Below, piece by piece: positions 27,101-38,500 of a stretch of DNA of 64,000 nt. This DNA is from Narcine bancroftii (lineage: Eukaryota), in the NCBI RefSeq assembly GCF_036971445.1, contig NC_091473.1, forward strand, positions 191,580,001 through 191,644,000. Direction: 5' to 3'. A program made the translations under genes and the position numbers. The notes under the pieces were generated by a model. That model ran no database searches and had not been told where the DNA came from. It saw nothing but the letters and a program-made list of their open reading frames with translations. Position 1 is the first letter of the stretch; every line of letters starts with the position of its first letter.

Positions 27101-28090
27101 TTATAGCAGCCTAACCTACTTGTTAAATTGTCCACCCGGCGATTTAAGGGCGAATCCCACACCGTGATGGTGTGGTGAGTGGCATGTCGCACGGACACTG
27201 GGAACACCCTGGTTCCCTGTGTTCTTTTTGTATAAAGTTCCAGAATAATCAGGCCAACCATTTCCCTTTTCAAATTGGTGGAGGAGGACGCCCAGGTAAG
27301 TTTTACTGGGTTCCCTGACCACCCCCCAGGTAGGTCTGGGACCTGGGTAGATTTGGATTGGGCTTGCCCGGTTCAGCCCTTTCAAATAGCCCCGTCCCTG
27401 GGTCTCCAACCGAGTAAATCATCAGTAAATCCCTCTTTACAAGGCAATTTGTAAGGGTCTATGACTCATTATGTGCAGGGTTTCATAACTCCAAAGGAAA
27501 TGGGTCAATGATAATTTTCTTAAATTTAAGCATATAAAAAACTCCATAAAGTCAAACAGATAAACATCATAAACAGTCACTGATTCCCCAACAGCTCTGT
27601 TCCAATAATAAAAACAGTAGAAAAAGATACCCAGTCTAAACTAACAAACTAATCCTGAACAAAATAAAGTTGCCAGACCTCCTAACCCAGTGGTTCTCAA
27701 CCTTTTTCTACCACTCAGATCCCACTTTAAGTATTCCCTATGCCGCAAGTGCTCTGTGATGAGTAAGGGGTTGCTTAAGGTGGGATGTGGGTGGGAAGGG
27801 AAGGTTGAGAATCATTACACTAGACCCAATTGTTGCTGAAATATTTTGCTGGAGAAAAATTGTCATTGGCCCATTTCCTTTGGAGCTCTGAAACCGTGCA
27901 CATAATGAGTCAATTAGGTACGGTTAAAACAGTGATTTTCAAACCGACCCAATTATCCCACCCACACTGGTCGCACCTGCTTGCATTTGGCCTCATATCC
28001 TTCCGAACCCATCCTGTCCATTGATCCGTCCAAATGGTCTCACCCAGACTGCTCCCACCTATCTGTATTTGGCCCTATATCCCTCTAAAC

Positions 28091-28466
28091 CAGTGGTTCT
28101 CAACCATTTTTTTTCCCACTCACATCCCACTTTAAGTAATCCCTGTGCCATCTGGGCTCTGTGATTAGTAAGGGATTACTTAAAGTGGGATGTGGGTGGG
28201 AAGGGAAGGCTGAGAATCTCTGCTCTGGACCCAATTGTTACTGAAATATTTTGCTTGAGAAAAATTGTCACTGGCCCATTTCCTTTGGAGTTCTGAAACC
28301 ATGCACATAATGAGTCCATGAGGGACGATTAAAACAGTGGGTTTCAAACTTTTGCTTTCCACGCACATCCCACCTTAAGCAATCCCTTAATAATCACAGA
28401 GCACCGATGGCCCAGGAATTATTTAAAGTGGAAGGTGAGTGGAAAGAAAAAGGTTGAGAACCACTG
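28091..28466. mobile_element. hAT MITE (further partial copies at about 20960-21214, 24317-24580, 27688-27940, 28742-28830)
   Basis: CAGTGGTTCTCAACC TIRs; internal sequence shared with 11966-12911. Confidence 0.85.
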
Positions 28467-30061
28467 AAGCTAAATAGAACTTTTCGCCATTAGCATCTTG
28501 AATACAATAACACGGCGATGGGGTGACGACAGGTGTCTACCTTCCATCCACACTCCAAGTAGCACCATAACTGGATTCAGCTGCAAGTTAACAGCTAAAA
28601 TTGTGGCTAGAGTAATCAAAATTTCTTTCCAATAAGGTTCCAAAGCCAAAATAAGTGAACTACCAATACAACCCTGTTGCGACACGGGGGTTTGACAGCC
28701 AATGACAATTTTAACATTTCCAGTAACAAGTGGGTCTGAAACAGTGATTCTCAACCTTCCCTTCCCACTCACACCCCACCTTAAGCAATCCCTTATTCAT
28801 CAAAGAGCACCGATGGCACGGGGATTACTTAAGGTGCTCGGCAGAACTGTTTTCAGGGATAGGAGACAGGGGCAAATGGTGCCTTGAAACCAGTTGCAGA
28901 TGGGGCTCATTAACCACGGATGGTAACACATCCAGGGGAGAGGAAAACTCCGATTTCAAACCTCCGCTGCCATATGGCCATACCTACCCATGGGAAAGGC
29001 GTTGGGAGTGAACCCCGAGGGAAAGATCTGGAGTCGGAGTCCTGAAGGTGGCTGACTGCCATACCCAGCTCTGGTATGGCTTCACCAGCGATGCCGCCGG
29101 CACCAAACTGTATCGACGTTGGCCGTTCCTTTGGACCTGTCGTTAGCGTGGAGGGGGGGTCCCACTGCATGTCCGGAAGGTGGCTGACTGCCGTACCCAG
29201 CACCAGCTCGGCAAATCCAGCGATGCTGCTGGCAGACCCATTACAGCACCGTGAGGACCCTTCAGCCCTTGGCGTTATGGCGTCCACTATATTCCTACCA
29301 AAACAAAATACTGACCCCCTTCCTACCTCTTAACCCTCTATTTATCTTTAATTCATGAGTCTCTTAAATGCCCTAAATGTTCCAGGTTCCACCCCTACCC
29401 CTGGGAATGCATTCCAGGCACCCTCAACTCTCTGTCAAAAAACGTACCCCTGACATCTCCCCTAAACTTCCCTCCCTTCACTTTGTACAGACGCCCACTG
29501 GTGTTTGCTATTCCCGCCCTGTGAAAGGTGCTGGTCATCTGCCTCTCAGAATTTTGTGGACCTCTATTAAGTCTCCTCTCATCCTTCTTCGCTCCAAAGA
29601 GAGAAATCCCACCCCTGCTAACCTTGCCTCATAAGACTTAATTTCCAATCCAGGCAACATCCTTGTGTATCTCCTCTGCACCCTCTCCACAGCTTCCAAA
29701 TCCTTTCTATAATGAGGTGACCAAAACTGAACACAATCCTCAAAGTGTGGTCTCACCAGAGATTTATAGAGTTGCCACATAACAGCTCGAATTTGGATAA
29801 ACTTAATCCCCCTTATTAGCATCCCATAGACCTTCTTAACCATCCTGTCAATCTGCATGGCGACCTTGAGAGATGTATGGATTTAGACCCTGAGGTTCCT
29901 TTGTTCCTCCACACTGTTAAGTACCCGATCATTAACCATGTCCTCAGCCTTCTGGTTTGATCTTCCAAAACAAGCCACCTCACACTTATCTGGATTTCGC
30001 TTTTAATAATATCGCGCCATTGATATCATAATCTGTGGTGAAAATTTCCTTTTCTCCTCAG

Positions 30062-30382
30062 CTTCTGTGTCTCAGGTGGATCAAGCTCTGCCAGTTCAGA
30101 CCGTTTGCATCGACTGTCGGGCCATCCTGAATTGTCAGTGGAACGGATTTGAGGCCAAGATTATCGATTGGTATAAACAGAGTGACCACGGGCACATGCA
30201 GTTCATTTACACAACAGGCGGATTCTATTTACCTGTGGGAAGATTCTCGGGAGTGAAAGAAAACAATACGAAAAGTTATTCACTGGTGATTGAAAACGTC
30301 TGGCTAAACGATTCCGGGATCTACTTCTGCAGTTTGCAGTTCCCCCGTAAATTTGGGACTGGAACCAAACTGGTGGTGACAG
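30062..30382 (+). CDS. VJ-C1 receptor gene exon 2: Ig V-set domain with germline-joined J segment
   Basis: Pyrimidine tract plus cag acceptor, phase 1 to 1. Motifs LNC (B strand), DWYKQ (C strand), RFSG, YSLVIENV, DSGIYFC (F strand) and FGTGTKLVVT (J motif). Donor G|GTAATG. Confidence 0.95.
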
Positions 30383-30436
30383 GTAATGAGTGCATCTGTT
30401 TCTCCACTTGACATCAGGGATCGTTGGAACAAATAG

Positions 30437-31691
30437 CACTGGGCAACATTTTGTTTTCAAAAGGTTTGAAAAAATTGGGGATCATGATAGACAATTTCAA
30501 GCTGAACGCAAAGATGATTTCAGATTTCTGTATCATGCAGGAGTTTGGAGAAGCGTCAAACATGCCATTAAATGATGTACTCAGTACAGGTACTATGCAA
30601 AGTTGTCTTGGGCCTGGGCATGCTAAGTCAGGATAGATGTAGACAGGCTATAAAAACAGCTCACATGTACAGATGCTGTGCATTACATTGAGATAGATTG
30701 AACACATGCTGATGCACATGTTCCTCAGGCAGTAGCAGAGTGAGTGTACTTAACAATAGCCTTTATTGTCTTCAGGAAGATTAAATGCAGCAGCGATGTC
30801 TCGTCAACGTCTCAACAGCTGCGCTACATTCTGTTATAAAGTGAAGGAGGGTTTAGGGGAGATATCAGGGGTACATTTTTTAAACAAAGAGTTGCGGGTG
30901 CCTGGAATGCCTTGCCAGGGGTGGTTGAGGAGGGTGAAACATTAGGGGCATGAGACTCATGGACAGGCACATGGATGAAATAAAAATGGGGGTGGGGTTA
31001 CAAAGTAAGAATATATAGGTCAGCACAACATTGAGGGCTGAAGGGCCTGTAAAGTTCCATATTATACTTGTGACTATACACTTAAGACTCAAAGATGCAG
31101 CATGACTGTACTTATTAAGAAAGCCTATGAGCTCTACTTCGGATGTAAAATTGGTGACCAAGGCAAACCCTGGGTTCCTCACATTTGTTGCGAAACGTGC
31201 GCAGTCAACCCGAGAGCTTGGCTCAGAGGGACATTATGAGATTAAACAGGCTAAGTTCAATGACATCTTAGTGATTGAACTTAGCTGTTGAGGTGTTGAT
31301 GGGTCATCGATGCTGTGTTAGGTCTTCCTGAAGACAACAAAGGCTACTGTTAAGTATACTCATTCTTCTATTGCCTGATCGACATGTGCATCAACATGCG
31401 CTCGATTGACCTTGGGGTAATGTATGCGTGAGCTGCTTTTATAGCCTGTCTGCATCTATCCAGGCCTAAGACAACTTTGCACTGAGTGCATGTCCAGGCA
31501 TGCTTGGACTGACCCAAACAGCTTGCTTTGTGGGCAATATATTAGTAGACTTTAATATATGACAGGAAATCACAAAAATAAGTTATATCCAAAAATATGG
31601 TACGTGATGGGGAAATTTAAGGGGATTTTTGTGATCTGCAGCTCAAAATCCTAAACGTGTTCAGGAAGCAAAATGCTTTGTGGTCCAAGAG
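30437..31691 (+). mobile_element. Chapaev3-like transposon relic with transposase N-terminal fragment
   Basis: CACTGGGCAACA start; about 240-bp internal inverted repeats (about 30590-30820 and 31283-31490); peptide KKAYELYFGCKIGDQGKPWVPHICCETC at 31060-31239; CR1 fragment inserted at about 30836-31050. Confidence 0.65.
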
Positions 31692-32878
31692 TAATGGACC
31701 TGGATGTGATTGTAGGAGTTTCTATTTTTCTTTCCAAAGTGGATGACCTCACATTATCCATATTATATTCCATTCCTGTACATTTAAACTATCTCTATCT
31801 CACCGCAGACTCTCCGCGTGCTCTGCACACTTGCTCTTTCACCCGAATAGAGGTGCAGATTCCAGATTGTTTTATTGTAATGTAACAGATGTAATATTAC
31901 ATGAAATTTCACTTTGTCTGCCACCAGGCCTCCCTTGCAGTCAGGGAAAGTTAAGCAGAAGAGTCACTGAGTGTCCGTGGCTTCACCTCCAGCGATCTCA
32001 AACAGCCTTCGGTCCAAACCATTGGCCACAGCCTGAGCTCCAGATCTGAACCTCTGACAGGACCAGAAAGCCCCCAGTGCCCTTCGGGAACCCTTCACCC
32101 CTGCCCTCACCTTGTCACCCCCCCCTTGCATCTCAGTTCCTATGCCTGATGCCACCTTCAGCCGCTGGAGCCAGTCTCCGCAGCCCTCAGCCCAGTGCGA
32201 GCCCCCTTGGGCGCAGCTTGCCCGTGGCCTGCGCAGGGTCCTCGCTTCAAGTGGTTGACAGCCCACCACCTGTGCGTCCTTCAGCCGCAGGGCCACGGCG
32301 GTCACCGCCTCGCAGGGTCTCTCCTCTGTTTCTCCTTCTCAGATGGGGTGGGGTGTTCTCCCTGTTCTCTGGTTCCCCCGGAGTCCACAATCCCCAGAGG
32401 CCGCTGCTGGCAGAGTAAAGCCCTTTAGCTGAGGTGTGTACAACCATGGACTTGGGAAAGAATGTCTCTCTCAGTGGGGGTTGGGATTTCAATGCCTGAG
32501 TAGATCTGTGAGGCTGAAAATATTTAGACCAGCACTTAAAACTTGATGGCATGGAGATTTCCAAATGATCATTGGAAAATGCAGTTACTGTGGATAGTAA
32601 AAACATGAGACGTTGATGAAGTGCTCGAGCCCAAAACATTATCTTTGCAATATAAAGTTCACTGTCTGACTTGCTGTGTTTCCATGCTCTTGTGTTTTAA
32701 CTTCAATCACGGTGTCTGCAGGCTTTTGTGTTTTACGCTCCTGCTCCCGCAGTGTAGATAGGTAGGACTGTCGGCTCAAAGACGATAGGCTGAAGGTTCA
32801 GCCGTGCTGTGCTCCTCTATGCACTAAAAGCCCTCATTCCACCCACTAATTCACCGGTGTTGTATTTCCCGCATTCAG

Positions 32879-33169
32879 CGGATCTCCCGACGATCTTCCT
32901 ACTCACGCCGCCACTGGAGGAGGTTGCCCGGATGGAAATGGTGCCGTTGGTGTGTTTGGTGAGAGGTGCGCCTTCCAGTTCCCTGCCAATCACCTGGTAC
33001 ATCTCCGGAACTGTCAGCAAAGGCCAGATCGACTCTGACTCATTTGACCTGGACGGGAGTTACAGCGTTCGAAGCCTCTTTTGGATCTCGGCGCAAACCT
33101 GGCGCAACGGCATTGTCTGCACTTGTGGCACTGAAGGTCTGATCAGTGACAGTGTCTCCGCTCAGAAAG
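32879..33169 (+). CDS. VJ-C1 receptor gene exon 3: Ig C1-set domain
   Basis: cag acceptor, phase 1 to 1. PTIFLLTPPLEE, LVCLV, ITW, DGSYSVRS and WRNGIVCTC follow the Ig light chain/TCR constant-domain pattern. Donor G|GTACCG. Confidence 0.9.
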
Positions 33170-35554
33170 GTACCGTAAGAAGCCAACAGTTCCCGTATGC
33201 TTATCACAGAGAGGGAGGCCATTGGAAAGAATAAGTTTAACAAATGGTTAATGAATTGGGTGAGAATAGCATTGGTGAGAATGTGACTGCCTTCTAACAT
33301 GACCTTCCCTTTGCTTTAGTGAGATTGTAACTAACACCAAAAAAAATGTAATAAGATTAAATAAAACAAGCCTCCTGTGCGTCCTTCAGCCGTAGAGCCC
33401 CTCACTGGTCCACTGCCGTAAGGTTGTCTCCTCTCCTTTTCCTTCTCAAACACCTTGTTTGTAGACACCACGAGGGATCATATTGTTGTAAGAATGGGAA
33501 TCGCCAGCTCCTGCTTGAAGGTGTATAAAAATGGAATGAACACTCTGAATGCTTTGAGTAGGGCTCAGTGCAGAGAACGAGCTACAGAACTCCTTCTTTG
33601 TGTTCTCCCATTACCGTGAAGAAGGCTGAATAAAGGAAACAGTAGTACAATTAATTGGTTCTGCTGCTTATTTTATTACGATGCAGGCTGACTTTGGCAG
33701 CTGTTTGGCCCCTTTGTGGCTCTACTGACTCTCATCTTCCTCCCACCTCCAACACTGTGCATGTGACCATTTTCTATCTTCCACTCACTCAGACCCCAAC
33801 ACTTTCTGGGTTTAAAAAAGACACTTCCCCTTGTTTGATCTCGAATCCATCAACAATTTAAATTAAAAAAAACCCTAAATTTTGCCGTACAGCATGGTAA
33901 CAGGCCACTTTGGCCCACGAGTCCATGCCACCCCAATTTACACCCTGTAAACCTACATCCCGGTATGTTTTGAATGGCGGGAGGAAACCGGAGCCCCGGA
34001 GAAAACCCATGCAGACACGGGGAGAACGTACAAACTCCTTTCAGGCAGCATGGGATTCGAAGCCCCCAGTCAGGTCCCGATCGCTGTCGCTGTAAAGACT
34101 TTGCGCTAACCTAGCTGCCCTTAGTTCAGTTTAAATCTCTACTATTTTGTATTCTACACAGCAATCATTGGTGCTTTGCGGGAATCTGATCTGGGACTCT
34201 TTGTGCTATTTCTATGATTGCACAAGAACACGGACTTTGCAAATGAGTAGATGACACCAAGGTTGGCGGGTCATCTGCAAGGGGTTGCCAGAGGCTTCAA
34301 AAGGGACATTAATGGGATGCAGAGCTGGGCTGAGAAGCGGAAGATGGAGTTTAACCCAGAAAAATGTGAGTTCAATTGGTCAAATTTGAAGGCAGATTAC
34401 AATGTTATTGGGTGGGCACTGAGTGGTGTGGATGGACTGGGAAATCTTGGGGTCCGTGTCCACAGGACACTCAAAACTGCTGCATAGGTTGACAGTGTTG
34501 TTAAGAAGGCCATATGGTGTGTTGGCCTTCATTAACCATAGGATGGAGTTCAAAAGCTGTTCCAACTATTTGTTTAGACCCCCTACTTGGAATATTGTAT
34601 TCAGTTCTGGTTACCTCTTTACAGGAAGATGCTATTGAGAGGGCGCAGAGGAGATTTTACAAGGATGTTGCTCGATTTGGAGAGCACGCCTTGTGAGGAT
34701 GGGTTGAGTGAACTTGGTAATTTCTCCTCTGAGCGACGGAGGACAGGGTTGGGGGGGGGGTTGACCTGATAGAGGTGCTCAAGATGATGAGAGGCATTGA
34801 TCACGCAGCAGGCCGAGGCTTTATCCCCAGGATGGAAATGGCTAGCATGATGGGAAATCATTTTAAGGTGCTTGGGAGTAAGTATGGGTGGGGGGGGGCG
34901 GCAGTGGGGGATGACAGAGGTAAGTTCTTCACATGGAGTGTGGTGGTGGGGGTGGGGACAGTGGGATCTTTTAAGCGACTGTTGGATATAGGGTAATGGA
35001 GCTGACAAAAAAAGGGAGGGGTTTGCAGTGGCGAAATTTGAGGCAGTGGTTAGGGTAGGTTATTGTCTCGGCACCACATTGTGGGCCGAAGGGCCTGTAC
35101 GATGCTGCTGTGCTGTCGGTTCCACCTCTCTCTTACCCTACATCTTACCTCTTCTCAATCTCCACTATACAAACTGAGCCTCCTGTACGGCACCCACACT
35201 GATAAAGAATTATACAGGATTCACGACCCTCCTCCACGTCCTCATCGGAAATGGGACCGGTTGTTCTCGTACTGAGAGAAGTATCCTCTTGGTGCCCGCA
35301 AAACCCTTAACATTTCACACTCCATTGAGAACATGTCCAACCTTATCAGCATTTGTCAAGACCGCCGCTGCCCCCCTCCCCTCCTGTTTCGACATTGCCA
35401 CCCCCGGTCCCTAACGCCTCTCCCCGCGGTTACCCTAATGCCGCCCCCTCAGATTAATTTGTTCTGTCACCGATTCTGTGTCAACTCATTCAACCCAGAA
35501 ACAGACCTTGTGAACGGTGCCCCCAATGCAAAAACAAAACCTCTCTTTGGACAT

Positions 35555-38500
35555 TGTGGTGGAACACGATAATGCAGGTGGGGGCGGGGGGGGGGGGATC
35601 CTCTCTGGACTGTTCAGGCTGGCCCACCTCCTCCCTGTAATTTCTTGGAAGGCTGGGAGGCCTTGTCTCCTCCCTCAATTCCAGCCTTAGATCCGGGCCA
35701 GAAGCTTGTCGTTGTATGCTGGAGGTTTCAGGGCATTAAAGCCTTTGGCCATGTGCTTTTTTTTAAAAATTTTTTATTTTTCACACCATAAACCACATTA
35801 TCCATGATACATACTTTTTCCTTTTCAAATATATACAGTGCCATTTTCTCCCCCCCCCACCTCCTCCCATCCCACCCTCCCTACCTCCCCCCTCCCGTCC
35901 ATTTAAAGTACAAAATCTAGGATACATTAAACCAGTCAAACAATGTTGTCATTCAATAAAAATAAACAAGAAATTCCACTGAGTCAATTCTTTTCATTTC
36001 CTTCTCCTTTCGTTAATTTAGGTAGTGAATGTCCCCGGTAGGTTTTCGCTATTGTGTTTCATGTAAGGCTCCCATATTTGTTCAAATATTTCAATATTAT
36101 TTCTTAAACTATATGTTATTTTTTCCAATGGAATACATTTATTCATTTCTATATACCATTGTTGTATTTTCAAATTATCTTCCGATTTCCAGGTTGACAT
36201 AATACATTTTTTTGCTACGGCTAGAGCTATCTTAACAAATCTTTTTTGTGCATCCTCCAAGTCAATTCCAAATTCTTTGTTTTTTATGTTACTTAGGAGG
36301 AAGATATTGTTTTCTGTAATTTTATTTAATATTTGGTTTAGATCTTCCCAAAAATTTTCTACTTTCTCACATGTCCAGATTGCATGAATTGTTGTTCCCA
36401 TTTCTTTTTTACATCGAAAACATCTATCAGATACTGTTGGGTCCCATTTATTTAACTTTTGAGGTGTAATATATAGCCTGTGTATCCAGTTATATTGTAT
36501 CATACGTAACCTCGTATTTATTGTATTTCTCATCATTCCAGAACATAGCTTCTCCCATGTTTCCTTTTTTATCTTTATATTTAAATCTTGTTCCCATTTT
36601 TGTTTAGTTTTACCATTTGTTTCCTCATTCTCCTTTTCTTGCAGTTTAATATACATATTTTTTATAAATTTGATGATTATCATTGTGTCTGTAATCACAT
36701 ATTCAAAATTACTTCCCTCTGGTAACCTCAGACTGCTTCCCAATTTGTCCTTCAAGTATGATCTCAATTGGTAATATGCCAGCACTGTATCTTGAGTTAT
36801 ATTGTAGTTATCTTTCATTTGTTCAAAGGATAGTAATCTATTTCCTGAAAAACAATTTTCTATTCTTTTGATCCCTTTTTTCTCCCATTCTCTAAAGGAA
36901 AGGTTATCTATTGTAAAAGGGAGTAACTTATTTTGCGTCAATATTAGTTTTGGTAATTGATAATTTGTTTTATTTCTTTCTACATGAACCTTCTTCCAAA
37001 TATTGAGTAGATGATGTAATACTGGAGAACTTCTATGTTGTACCAATTTTTCATCCCATTATATAATATGTGTTCAGGTATCTTTTCCCCTATTTTATCT
37101 AATTCTAATCTGGTCCAATCTGGCTTTTCCCTTGTTTGATAAAAATCTAATAGGTATCTTAATTGTGCGGCTCTATAATAATTTTTAAAGTTTGGCAGTT
37201 GTAAGCCTCCTTGTTTATACCATTCTGTTAATTTATCTAGTGCTATCCTCGGTTTCCCCCCTTTCCATAAAAATTTCCTTACTATTTTCTTTAACTCCTT
37301 GAAGAATTTCTCTGCCAGTTGTATTGGCAATGCCTGAAATAGCTATAATATCCTTGGAAAAATGTTCATTTTAATACAGTTTATCCTTCTTATTAGTGTT
37401 AGTGGTAAATCTTTCCAATGCTCTAAATCGTCCTGTAATTTTTTCATTAGTGGATAATAATTGAGTTTATATAGTTGGCCGAGATTTTTATTTATTTGTA
37501 TACCTAGGTATCTTATTGCTTGCATTTGCCATCTGAATGGTGATTCCTTCTTAAATTTTGAGAAATCCACATTATTCATTGGCATTGCTTCACTTTTATT
37601 TACGTTTATCTTGTAACCCGACACTTCTCCATATTCCTTCAATTTCTTATATAATTCTTTTATTGATAGTTCTGGTTCTGTTAAGTATACTATAACATCA
37701 TCTGCAAATAAACTGATTTTATATTCCTTGTCTTTTATTTTTATCCCTTTTATATTATTTTCTGTTCTTATCAATTCTGCTAGTGGTTCTATAGCTAACG
37801 CGAACAATAAAGATGATAGTGGGCATCCCTGCCGTGTTGACCTGCTTAAGTTAAATTGCTTTGATATATATCCATTTACTGTCACTTTCGCCAATGGTCC
37901 CTTATATAATGCTTTAATCCAATTAATATACTTCTCTGGTAAACTGAATTTTTGCAATACTTTGAATAAATAATTCCATTCTACTCTGTCAAAGGCATTC
38001 TCTGCGTCTAAAGCAACTGCTACTGTTGGAGCTTTATTCCCTTCTACTGCATGAATTAAGTTAATAAATTTACAAATATTGTCTGTTGTGCGTCTTTTTT
38101 TAATAAATCCAGTTTGGTCTAGATTTACCATTTTCGGTACATACTCTGCTAATCTGTTTGCAAAAAGTTTAGCTATATCTTATAATCTGTGTCAAGTAAT
38201 GATATTGGTCTATATGACGCTGGTGCGAGTGGATCTTTCCCTTGCTTTAGTATTACTGTAATTATTGCTGTTTTACATGAATCTGGTAACCTTTGTGTTT
38301 TATCAATCTGGTTGATTACTTCCAGGAGGGGAGGAATTAATAAATCTTTAAATGTTTTATAGAATTCTATTGGGAATCCATCCTCTCCTGGTGTTTTATT
38401 ATTTGGTAATTTTTTTTATTATCTCTTGTATTTCTACTATTCCAAATGGTTCTGTTAATTTATTTTGTTCCTCTATTTGTAGTTTTGGTAGTTCAATTTT

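Noticed and set aside
30062-33169. Interpretation as a germline-joined Ig light chain or a processed TCR pseudogene
   Set aside because: In-phase TM and tyrosine-motif exons follow, which light chains lack. Introns are retained, and the TM lacks the charged residues of TCR chains.
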